Shown one piece after another: positions 55,786 to 64,000 of a stretch of DNA of 64,000 nt (position 1 is its first letter; every line of letters starts with the position of its first letter). Origin of the DNA: Gammaproteobacteria bacterium (lineage in GTDB: Bacteria > Pseudomonadota > Gammaproteobacteria > Eutrophobiales > Eutrophobiaceae). The stretch spans positions 2,400,001 to 2,464,000 of the forward strand of contig OZ220696.1 in NCBI GenBank assembly GCA_965116495.1, written 5' to 3'. The position numbers and the translations under genes were made by a program. The notes below the pieces were generated by a model, which ran no database searches, was not told the origin of the DNA, and saw only the letters and a list, made by a program, of their open reading frames with translations.

Positions 55786-56865
55786 TTACCCCGCATAACA
55801 CGTCAGCGTATCGTCCAGGTCCGCCTCTTCAAAATCCGGCGTAACCACGGCCTTGCCTATCCCCTGGAGCAACGCCAGGTACAGGCGGCCATGCCTGGTT
55901 TTCTTGTCCACGGCCATCAGTTCCCTGAGTTGTTCGCGCCGGATTGTATCCGGCAGACTGACCGGCAATCCTGCTTTTTCCAGCAACGCGTTAATTCGTC
56001 CGGCGTCGGCTTCGGCCAACCCGGTAGTTTTTACGGACAGGTGAGCGGCCATGGACATGCCCGCGGCCACCGCTTCACCGTGCAGCAAGGTCTCGTAATT
56101 CAAGGCCGTCTCTATAGCGTGGCCGAAGGTGTGTCCCAGGTTAAGCGTGGCGCGCAACCCGGATTCACGTTCGTCCCGGGCTACGATTCCTGCCTTGTTG
56201 CGGCAGGAAACTTCAATTGCATGGACGAGACAGGCCGCGTCGCGCTGGATGAGGCCTTCCATGTTGTCCTCCAGCCAACAGAAGAACTCGTTGTCATTGA
56301 TCAGCCCGTACTTGATAATCTCGGCCACCCCGGCGCGAAACTCACGCGCCGGTAAGGACGCGAGGACATCCGTATCGCTGAGCACCGCGGCAGGCTGGTG
56401 AAATGCGCCGATCATATTTTTCCCCAGTGCGTGATTCACCGCAGTCTTACCGCCCACGGCAGAATCGACCTGTGCAAGTAACGTGGTGGGCACCTGGATA
56501 TAGCGGACTCCGCGCTGGTAACAGGCCGCGGCAAACCCGGTCACATCGCCGATAACCCCGCCGCCCAGGGCGACCAGGGTACAGGTTCGGTTGAACTGAT
56601 GTTCCAGCAACCGGGTAATGATCCCGTTCATGGTTTCAATGGTCTTATGGCGCTCGCCATCCTCGATAATCAGGGTACTGGCCTGCTTGCCGGTTAAACC
56701 TTCCAGCAATGTTTCCAGGTACATGGGGGCGACTACGGTGTTACTGACAATCAGGGTCTGCCCGCTCAGTTGGTTACCGATAAAATCAGCGGCCCGCGAC
56801 AACAGGCCGGCGCCTATATGTATAGGATAGGATCGATTTCCCAGTTCTACGATAACCTGTTTCAT
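55786..56865 (-). CDS. aroB: 3-dehydroquinate synthase
   Basis: GGGVIGD, PTTLLAQVDSAVGGKT, KNMIGAF, LNLGHTFGHAIE and HGEAVA motifs. Confidence 0.97.
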   Translation of the reverse strand: MKQVIVELGNRSYPIHIGAGLLSRAADFIGNQLSGQTLIVSNTVVAPMYLETLLEGLTGKQASTLIIEDGERHKTIETMNGIITRLLEHQFNRTCTLVALGGGVIGDVTGFAAACYQRGVRYIQVPTTLLAQVDSAVGGKTAVNHALGKNMIGAFHQPAAVLSDTDVLASLPAREFRAGVAEIIKYGLINDNEFFCWLEDNMEGLIQRDAACLVHAIEVSCRNKAGIVARDERESGLRATLNLGHTFGHAIETALNYETLLHGEAVAAGMSMAAHLSVKTTGLAEADAGRINALLEKAGLPVSLPDTIRREQLRELMAVDKKTRHGRLYLALLQGIGKAVVTPDFEEADLDDTLTCYAG

Positions 56866-56873
56866 GCCTGTCT

Positions 56874-56996
56874 TAACCCGGATTTCTCACTAGGTGATGC
56901 GCTCTCGCTTGTCGGGATACTAAACGGGTTGTCATAGCTGGTTATAGTAAACATATTTCGGATGACAACAAGCGGCCTAGTGAGAAATCCGGGTTA
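56874..56996. mobile_element. MITE-like element, family A, copy 2 (123 bp)
   Basis: Perfect 21-bp TIR TAACCCGGATTTCTCACTAGG (56874-56894 / 56976-56996); shares subterminal sequence with copy 1. Confidence 0.8.
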
Positions 56997-57513
56997 CTAT
57001 CCTGCTGATCTCTCTGACCACACTCGGTATGCTCCTGTTATTGGTCTCTACCACCGTGTCTGCCAGTTGCCGGTAAATCGGTTCTCTCTGGGCGAGCAGT
57101 TCACGGATCTTCGCCAGCTTGTCGCCGGACTGGAGCAACGGGCGTCTGCGGTCCAGCCTGACCCTGCCGGCCAGGTGTTCCGCCGCTGCCCGCAGGTAAA
57201 TTATCCAGCCGTTATCCTTGAGTAGCTGCTGGTTTTCCGCAGCCAGCACTGCCCCGCCACCGGTTGCCAGCACGATCCCGCGTTTTTCCACCTGTTCCCT
57301 CAGCATACCCGTTTCCCGCCGGCGGAACCCCTGCTCCCCTTCAATGTCAAATATCACATCTATGCTGACGCCGGTCCTATTTTCAATTTCACTGTCGGAA
57401 TCCAGGAAATCCTTACCCAGTTCCCGCGCCAGTTGCTTGCCGATAGTGGATTTACCTGCGCCCATCAGGCCGATGAGAAAGATATTATCGATGTTGGTTT
57501 TTTTGTTATCCAC
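56977..57513 (-). CDS. aroK: Shikimate kinase
   Basis: GLMGAGKSTIG, DSD.EIE, GE..FR.RE, ATGGG and RPLL motifs. Confidence 0.96.
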   Translation of the reverse strand: MDNKKTNIDNIFLIGLMGAGKSTIGKQLARELGKDFLDSDSEIENRTGVSIDVIFDIEGEQGFRRRETGMLREQVEKRGIVLATGGGAVLAAENQQLLKDNGWIIYLRAAAEHLAGRVRLDRRRPLLQSGDKLAKIRELLAQREPIYRQLADTVVETNNRSIPSVVREISRIVTRISH

Positions 57514-57614
57514 AGGTTACACAGATTATCACAGATGATTCAATGACGAATAAGGAGTTTGTCGCTTAATGCCTGTTCCTCAACGGCGTTAAGCAAGGCA
57601 CGAGCGCAAGGAAA

Positions 57615-60062
57615 ATGCGTTATTATGGAATTATGCGATTGTCCTGGTTTTTATTGAAAGCGCTGGTGGTGGTTTTTATCGCCGGCGGCATCTTTGCGGT
57701 CTTTTACATTGTTTCCAACCTGCCGGATATCGATATGTTGCGCGATGTACGTATGCAGGTCCCCTTGCGCGTCTACAGCCAGGACGGATCGCTGATCGCT
57801 GAATTCGGCGAAAAGCGGCGCGCACCGCTTTCGATCGATGACGTTCCCGAACAATTGATCCAGGCATTTATTGCGGCTGAAGACGACCGTTTCTTCGATC
57901 ATCCGGGAGTAGATTGGCAGGGCCTGGTACGGGCCGCTATCTCCCTGCTCAGGACCGGAGAGAAAAAACAGGGCGGCAGCACCATCACGATGCAAGTTGC
58001 CCGCAATTTTTTCCTGTCACGGGAAAAATCCTACATGAGAAAACTGAACGAGATTTTCCTGGCGTTCAAGATAGAGAGAGATCTGAGCAAGAACGAAATA
58101 CTCGAACTTTACCTGAATAAAATCTACCTGGGCCAACGCGCCTATGGCGTAGGCGCCGCGGCCCAGGTCTATTACGGCACCGATATAACCCACCTGAACC
58201 TGGCGCAACACGCGATGCTGGCGGGACTACCCAAGGCTCCCTCCAGAACGAATCCGGTAACAGACCCGGAACAGGCGGTCAACCGCAGGTCTTATGTACT
58301 GCGGCGGATGCTCGAACTCGGTTACATAGACAGTGTCCGTTTCCACGTGGCAGACGGCGCGCCCGTCAGCGCGTCACTGCACAGTCCGAGTATTGACCTG
58401 GAGGCGCCCTATGTTGCCGAGATGGTGCGCAAGCACATGGTTGATGAGTATGGGGACAGCGCCTACAGTGCCGGCTACGTGGTTACGACTACCGTTCGCG
58501 ACACGCTCCAGGATGCCGCGAACCGGGCCCTGAAACTGGCCCTGCTGCAATACGATGAAAGACACGGTTACCGCGGCCCCGAAAGCAATTACGAGCTGGA
58601 ACCTGATGATGCCGGGGATGAGTGGGATCAACTGCTTGGACCGTATTCCGCCATAGGCGGCCTGTTACCGGCATTGGTTACCGAAGTGCGTGATCTTTCC
58701 GCATCGGCCTGGCTTTCCGGTACCGGTTTAATCGATATCGAATGGAACGGCATGAGTTGGGCGCGCAGGTATTTCAATGAAAACCGGCGCGGACGAGCGC
58801 CCAGGAATGCCGACGAAATCGTCAAACCCGGTGATATCGTCAGGGTAAGAAAGGACCCTGAAACGGGGTGGCGCCTGGCGCAGATACCCACCATCGAAGG
58901 GAGCCTGGTTTCAATGGACCCGCACAACGGGGCCACCCTGGCCCTGGTCGGCGGCTTTGATTTCTATCGCAGTAAATTCAATCGTATCACCCAGGCCGAA
59001 CGCCAACCCGGTTCAAGCTTCAAACCGTTTATCTACTCGGCTGCGTTGGAGAACGGCTTTTCCGCAGCCAGCATCATCAATGATGCGCCTATCGTTTACA
59101 ACGATCCCAGTATCGAAGATAAATGGCGTCCTGAAAATTACAGCGGCAGGACATTCGGCCCGACCGGGTTGCGGGAGGCTCTGCGCCGCTCAAGAAACCT
59201 CGTATCCATCCGTCTGCTGCACGCAATCGGAGTTCGGAAAGCACTCCGGCACGTTGCCAAGTTCGGATTTGATGTTGACGCATTGCCTGGTAATCTTTCC
59301 CTGGCCCTGGGTAGCGGCGCCATAACCCCCTGGCAACTGGCCAGTTCCTACACGGTGTTCGCCAATGGCGGTTACCGCGTCGAACCATTCTTCATCGAGC
59401 GGATTGAGACCTATACCGGAGACCTGCTGTTTCAGGCGAAACCTGTTACCGTATGTGCCGGTTGCCCTGCCGGCGCTACCGGCGAGAATGAACCTGCAAG
59501 CACAGGTACAGTGGAGTCAGACGAGACCCCCGATGCGGTCCCGGTTGAACTGAACATTGCCAAACGTGTAGTCAACCCGCAAAATGCTTGGATAATGAAC
59601 GAGCTTACCCGGGACGCCGTCAGGCGCGGCACCGGCGCGAGGGCCTACCGGGAACTGAAACGGGATGATCTCTCCGGAAAGACGGGCACCACAAACGAGC
59701 AACGTGATGCCTGGTTTGCCGGCTATAATCCATCTGTCGTAGCCGTAACCTGGGTAGGTTTCGATGATTTCGGGCCGATGGGTCAGGGTGAAACAGGCAG
59801 CAGAAGCGCTTTATCGATATGGATTGATTATATGCGGACCGCCCTGGATGACGTTCCGGTGAACCTGGGAGAACGTCCCGCGGATATTGTTACCATCAGG
59901 ATCAACAGGGAAACAGGCTGTCCGGCAAAAGCCGGCGATACGGATGCGGAATTTGAAGTTTTTATGGCGAACCGGTTGCCCGATGCCAGGGAGTGCAGCA
60001 GGATTGATTTGCCCTTTGACAGCAGTCCTGAAAAGCCTGATGCTCCCGACCGGCTGTTCTGA
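57615..60062 (+). CDS. mrcA: Penicillin-binding protein 1A
   Basis: EDDRF, GGSTITMQ, RKLNE, YLNKIYLG transglycosylase motifs; SSFK, SRN and KTGT transpeptidase motifs. Confidence 0.96.
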   Translation: MRYYGIMRLSWFLLKALVVVFIAGGIFAVFYIVSNLPDIDMLRDVRMQVPLRVYSQDGSLIAEFGEKRRAPLSIDDVPEQLIQAFIAAEDDRFFDHPGVDWQGLVRAAISLLRTGEKKQGGSTITMQVARNFFLSREKSYMRKLNEIFLAFKIERDLSKNEILELYLNKIYLGQRAYGVGAAAQVYYGTDITHLNLAQHAMLAGLPKAPSRTNPVTDPEQAVNRRSYVLRRMLELGYIDSVRFHVADGAPVSASLHSPSIDLEAPYVAEMVRKHMVDEYGDSAYSAGYVVTTTVRDTLQDAANRALKLALLQYDERHGYRGPESNYELEPDDAGDEWDQLLGPYSAIGGLLPALVTEVRDLSASAWLSGTGLIDIEWNGMSWARRYFNENRRGRAPRNADEIVKPGDIVRVRKDPETGWRLAQIPTIEGSLVSMDPHNGATLALVGGFDFYRSKFNRITQAERQPGSSFKPFIYSAALENGFSAASIINDAPIVYNDPSIEDKWRPENYSGRTFGPTGLREALRRSRNLVSIRLLHAIGVRKALRHVAKFGFDVDALPGNLSLALGSGAITPWQLASSYTVFANGGYRVEPFFIERIETYTGDLLFQAKPVTVCAGCPAGATGENEPASTGTVESDETPDAVPVELNIAKRVVNPQNAWIMNELTRDAVRRGTGARAYRELKRDDLSGKTGTTNEQRDAWFAGYNPSVVAVTWVGFDDFGPMGQGETGSRSALSIWIDYMRTALDDVPVNLGERPADIVTIRINRETGCPAKAGDTDAEFEVFMANRLPDARECSRIDLPFDSSPEKPDAPDRLF

Positions 60063-60066
60063 CGTA

Positions 60067-62268
60067 GTGAAAAAACAATATTTGCAAGTGGCATTGCCGG
60101 TGCCGTTACGCCGTCACTACGACTATGTAATCGGGGAAAATTTCAGTCAGGTCGAGTTTCTGCCGGGAACGCGGGTTAGCGTGCCGTTCGGCCGGCGTAA
60201 GGATCAGGTCGGTATGGTCCTCGGTGTCGCTGGCCACTCTACCCTGCAACCCGACAGGCTCAAGTCCGTTAACAACGTCATAGATTATGAACCGCTTATT
60301 TCGCCGCACCATCTTGAGTTACTGCGCTGGGCCGCGGACTACTACCATCATCCGGTCGGCGAGGTATTGTTCAGCACTATCCCAGGACTGTTGCGCCAGG
60401 GAAAAGCGCTTGAAAGAGGCTACGACGAGATATTTGCAGTCAGTGCCGAGGGAAGAGAGATGGACCCGGGAAACAATGCTCCTGCACAGAGATCATTGTT
60501 ACAGCTGTTGCGCTGCTTTCCGGGAGGCTTGACTCGGCAGGAACTGAGAACCAGACAGGCTCAATACGCCAGGCCGCTGAAGCTGCTGCTTGAAAAAGGG
60601 CTGGTCATGCGGATCAGGACCGGAGTGAGCAGTCCCGCCAAGGCTGTGGCGGTGGACAGGGGGTTTGCGTTAAACCAGCAGCAAATCCAGGCGGTTAATT
60701 CGATTACGGCAGAGACAGATGCCCATCATACCCACGTATTGCAGGGGATTACCGGCAGCGGCAAGACCGAAGTCTACGTAGAAGCTGTCAGGCGCGTGAT
60801 TGCGCAGAACAGGCAGGCCCTTATCCTGGTACCGGAAATCGGTCTGACCACGCAGTTCATTGACCGGCTCAAACAACGGCTGCCTGTGGATATCAGGGTA
60901 CAGCATTCCTCGTTGAATGAAACGGAGCGATTGCGCAACTGGCTGGCGGCGAGAAACGGTGATGCTGCAGTGGTCATCGGCACCCGTTCGGCAGTCTGGA
61001 CCCCGCTTAAAGCACCTGGGATATACGTTGTGGACGAGGAACATGACCCGTCATACAAACAGGACAGCGGGTTTCGTTATTCCGCCAAGGACATTGCTGT
61101 TGTCCGGGGCAAGTTCGACAACGTGCCGGTCGTGCTCGGTTCCGCAACGCCCTCCCTTGAGACCATAAAGAATATAAAAAGCCGGAAATATGAAGCACAA
61201 CACCTGCCGACACGGGCATCCGGCGCCAAGTCGCCGGAAATCCGCTTCATAAATCTCCGAAGTGAACCTGTCTCCGGCGCCGTATCGAAGACCCTGCTCA
61301 ATGAGATCGCCGCCACCCTGGAAAAAAATAACCAGGTGCTGTTGTTTCTGAACCGGAGAGGCTATGCGCCGGTCATCCTGTGCCACAGTTGCGGCTGGTA
61401 TGCGGAATGCGGTCATTGCAGCGCCAAGATGACTTACCACAAGGATAAAAACAGGTTGATCTGTCATCACTGTGATGCGCGCCGGGTGTTGCCTGCCAGC
61501 TGTCCGGATTGTAACGAGGCGCAACTGATTGAAGTGGGCCACGGCACCCAGCGCCTGGACCAGACCCTCAGCGGACATTTTCCCGGTGCGAGGATAGTGC
61601 GTATTGACCGCGACAGCACCCGGCGCAAGGGGTCAATGGAGAAGATGATAAGAGAGATCACAACGGGTAATGCCGACATACTGATCGGCACCCAGATGCT
61701 TGCCAAGGGTCACCACTTTCCCAGGTTGACCCTGGTGGGGATTATCGACGCGGACGCGGGTCTCCTGAGCACCGACTTTCGCGCCAGCGAGCGTTTGGCG
61801 CAACTGATTGTTCAGGTGAGCGGCAGGGCGGGACGCGCAGATCAGGCGGGCGTCGTATTCATCCAGACCCATTTCCCCGGACACCCGTTGCTGCACACCC
61901 TGGTGACACAGGGTTATGACCGGTTTGCCGGCCAGTTGCTTGCGGAACGGAAAAATGCGCAACTGCCCCCTTATTCCTATCTCGCCTTACTGGGCGCTGA
62001 GGCAACCGGCCGGGAAGCCGCAGAAACTTTTCTGAACGAGGCCGGTAGCCATCTCAAAAAACACCATGCCGGACTGAGAATTTTCGGGCCTGTCAGCGCA
62101 CCCATAGAAAAGCGAAGAGGACGTTACCGCAATCAATTGCTCATCCAGGCAGGGAACAGGAATATGCTCAGGACAGCGCTGGCGCCGTGGTGCCGGTCAC
62201 TGGAATCGATACCGGGAGCAAACCGGACAAGGTGGTTTCTGGATATCGACCCCCAGGACATGTTATAG
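60067..62268 (+). CDS. priA: Primosomal protein N'
   Basis: GITGSGKTEVY, DEEHD.SYKQ, SATPS, NRRGYAP, CxxC clusters and GTQMLAKGHHF; likely GTG start at 60067. Confidence 0.96.
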   Translation: MKKQYLQVALPVPLRRHYDYVIGENFSQVEFLPGTRVSVPFGRRKDQVGMVLGVAGHSTLQPDRLKSVNNVIDYEPLISPHHLELLRWAADYYHHPVGEVLFSTIPGLLRQGKALERGYDEIFAVSAEGREMDPGNNAPAQRSLLQLLRCFPGGLTRQELRTRQAQYARPLKLLLEKGLVMRIRTGVSSPAKAVAVDRGFALNQQQIQAVNSITAETDAHHTHVLQGITGSGKTEVYVEAVRRVIAQNRQALILVPEIGLTTQFIDRLKQRLPVDIRVQHSSLNETERLRNWLAARNGDAAVVIGTRSAVWTPLKAPGIYVVDEEHDPSYKQDSGFRYSAKDIAVVRGKFDNVPVVLGSATPSLETIKNIKSRKYEAQHLPTRASGAKSPEIRFINLRSEPVSGAVSKTLLNEIAATLEKNNQVLLFLNRRGYAPVILCHSCGWYAECGHCSAKMTYHKDKNRLICHHCDARRVLPASCPDCNEAQLIEVGHGTQRLDQTLSGHFPGARIVRIDRDSTRRKGSMEKMIREITTGNADILIGTQMLAKGHHFPRLTLVGIIDADAGLLSTDFRASERLAQLIVQVSGRAGRADQAGVVFIQTHFPGHPLLHTLVTQGYDRFAGQLLAERKNAQLPPYSYLALLGAEATGREAAETFLNEAGSHLKKHHAGLRIFGPVSAPIEKRRGRYRNQLLIQAGNRNMLRTALAPWCRSLESIPGANRTRWFLDIDPQDML

Positions 62269-62278
62269 ATATGTGGGG

Positions 62279-62941
62279 TCAGGTCGTATCCTGACCCTCC
62301 CGCAACTCCAGCAGCATGAATTCTATCTGGTTGTCTTCCAGTCTGCTGCTGATGTCTTTCATCTCGTCCATGGTCTTATACGGGCCGAGTCTCACCCGGT
62401 GACGAACATCCTGCCCATTGAGCATAACCCGTTGGATATCGGCAAAAATACCCAGGAAAGCGAGTTCCGCCTTGATTTTGTCTGCGGAACTGAAGTCCCT
62501 GAATGAACCCACCTGGAGGATGTAGCCATATACATCGTCTTTTACATCGCGCTGCCGCGCTGCGAACTGCTCCGGGCTGTCACCACTCTCCTGACTCTCG
62601 TCCTGCCCACGGGTCTCGTTCATTTTCTCGCCGACATCATCTTCCGGACTATCCTTATTACCGGCAACCCACTCGGAGATATTGACCTTCTTGTTGCGTA
62701 GCGTGTCGTAAAACTCAAACTTGAGTTCCGGTTTCTGCTCGTCGGTTTGTACCCGGTCCTCAGCGGCAGGACTTGCTACCTCGCGGGGCGTACCGGGCTC
62801 AACCAATTGGTAGCGGAGAAAGACAATGAACGCGACCAGTAACCCGATAGACAACCCGGAAAGAAAGGATAATAGATTTCCGGCCACAAAGGCCCGTTGC
62901 CGCCTGGGGTTGTACCTGATTTTCTTGTAGTCTCTCGGCAT
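62279..62941 (-). CDS. SPOR-domain cell division protein (FtsN-like)
   Basis: MPRDY N-terminus, TM segment, FEFYD.L and C-terminal LQVGSF...RVRLGPY. Confidence 0.8.
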   Translation of the reverse strand: MPRDYKKIRYNPRRQRAFVAGNLLSFLSGLSIGLLVAFIVFLRYQLVEPGTPREVASPAAEDRVQTDEQKPELKFEFYDTLRNKKVNISEWVAGNKDSPEDDVGEKMNETRGQDESQESGDSPEQFAARQRDVKDDVYGYILQVGSFRDFSSADKIKAELAFLGIFADIQRVMLNGQDVRHRVRLGPYKTMDEMKDISSRLEDNQIEFMLLELREGQDTT

Positions 62942-63044
62942 TACCCTTTTTTCGGGGAGCGGTTATTTTCAGAATTCGGTGACAGTTCCAATTTTATTCG
63001 AAACAGTCGCATAATTTAGCATACATGTATGACTATAGGTAACA

Positions 63045-63776
63045 TTACGGCCTCCCCGCCTCGATCAATGCCTCAGCCAGAATGTTCGGGTTGGTGTAAC
63101 AGACTTCATGGCTGCCCGGCTTTTGCACCACCCTGCATAAACCCAGGCGTTCCGCCATCCTGGGATACCAGGCAAGATCTCCATGGGGCAGGACAGTATC
63201 ATCGGTGAAGTTGATGTAGCTCCTGGGGACATTCAGCCGTTGAAAGCCCCGCATACTGATCTTTTCATTCTGTGCATAAACGCAGACCGGTTTCAGCCCG
63301 GCATAGACCTCCCTGGCTGTTTCCAGGTCCGCATCGTTAATAAACCTTTCCCGAAAAACCTCGAACGGCAACATCCAGTTGGTTCTCTCACCCTCTTTTT
63401 TTATGATCGCGTCAAACATCTCCCGGTGCCCGGGTGTCACCACGTCATAGATGCACTCCCCGTCTTCCAGCACCAGAGCATTCTGGAAGACTACCCGGTT
63501 GACCCGGTCGGCCACCTGCTCGGCGACGTTCGGTATCACGATCCCGGCAAAGCTGTGGCCCGCCAGGATAAAATCGCGGATGTCCCTCTCCAGGATGTAA
63601 TCGACCACCGACTCCACACAATCCGCCTGGGTGAAAAAATTGCCGGCATCCTCGCCATGGCCAGCCATGGTCGGCGCATAAGCGACATGACCCTGCCTGT
63701 TAAGCTCTGCAATAACCTGGTCCCAGCAGGAACCGTCGTGCATGGAACCATGCACCAGCACAAACGTCAGTTTCAA
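63045..63776 (-). CDS. Alpha/beta hydrolase (salicylate esterase-like)
   Basis: FVLVHG..H.G.CW, GHSFAG and GSHE motifs; GAGGAGG RBS before TTG. Confidence 0.88.
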   Translation of the reverse strand: MKLTFVLVHGSMHDGSCWDQVIAELNRQGHVAYAPTMAGHGEDAGNFFTQADCVESVVDYILERDIRDFILAGHSFAGIVIPNVAEQVADRVNRVVFQNALVLEDGECIYDVVTPGHREMFDAIIKKEGERTNWMLPFEVFRERFINDADLETAREVYAGLKPVCVYAQNEKISMRGFQRLNVPRSYINFTDDTVLPHGDLAWYPRMAERLGLCRVVQKPGSHEVCYTNPNILAEALIEAGRP

Positions 63777-63858
63777 CTGTATTTCCTCCTCTATTCCGTT
63801 ACATATCTGTTGTAATCATGATATGAATCACCCGGAGGTTATTCTACACGATAGTTCC

Positions 63859-64000
63859 TCAGTGACGGCTGCCGGCCGCCTCGGCAAGGGCCGAATCCCA
63901 GGCGATGATTGCCCGTTTGCGTTCAATTCCCCAATGATAACCGCCCAATTCCCCCGACGAACGGAGAATGCGGTGACAGGGTATCAGGTAAGAGACAGGA
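63859..64000 (-). CDS. Methylated-DNA-protein-cysteine methyltransferase (Ada/Ogt), C-terminal end; partial
   Basis: Manual translation PVSYLIPCHRILRSSGELGGYHWGIERKRAIIAWD...; contains the PCHR active site. Confidence 0.9.
   Translation of the reverse strand, partial: PVSYLIPCHRILRSSGELGGYHWGIERKRAIIAWDSALAEAAGSRH

Noticed and set aside
47320-55786. Integrase-bounded island or prophage
   Set aside because: No integrase, tRNA, phage structural gene or flanking direct repeat could be found by eye.
1-64000. tRNA, rRNA or CRISPR loci
   Set aside because: None was recognised by eye; tRNAscan-SE and Infernal would be needed to exclude them.

Overview
The window looks like the chromosome of a gammaproteobacterium, inferred from the glyQ-glyS-gmhB-plsC and aroK-aroB, mrcA, priA gene sets. 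Housekeeping blocks (1-12.3 kb, 18.1-21.6 kb, 55.8-64 kb) alternate with accessory regions. (i) 12.3-18.1 kb holds an AbiE type IV TA pair, a complete IS4-family element, an AT-rich orphan and an AAA+ ATPase flanked by a decayed duplicate of the pyc 3' end. (ii) 21.7-23.7 kb holds gene fragments plus ParDE-like and VapBC pairs. (iii) 23.7-47.3 kb is a large catabolic/tailoring region: TonB receptor, nitroreductase, DUF1989, O-methyltransferase, two Rieske oxygenases, MetE-like protein, formamidase-like hydrolase, extradiol dioxygenase, cytochrome c, MFS, Tat flavin amine oxidoreductase and three sulfatases. It is interrupted by a complete 2754-bp IS1595-family element (25-bp TIRs, 8-bp TSD). 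That element carries a DNA methyltransferase-HNH fusion behind a repeat-containing leader ORF and a start-codon hairpin, plus a divergent structured RNA with a 19-aa peptide. (iv) 47.5-55.8 kb is a defence-like operon: Fic, UDG-family, RecQ-PRTase, DprA, a KAP/HsdS chimera, DarTG and an hsdR remnant. Several MITE-like elements occur, one supplying the aroK stop codon. glyS seems to lack a canonical start codon, and pilMNOPQ is absent from its usual position between mrcA and aroK. All calls come from motif reading by eye; no database searches were run.
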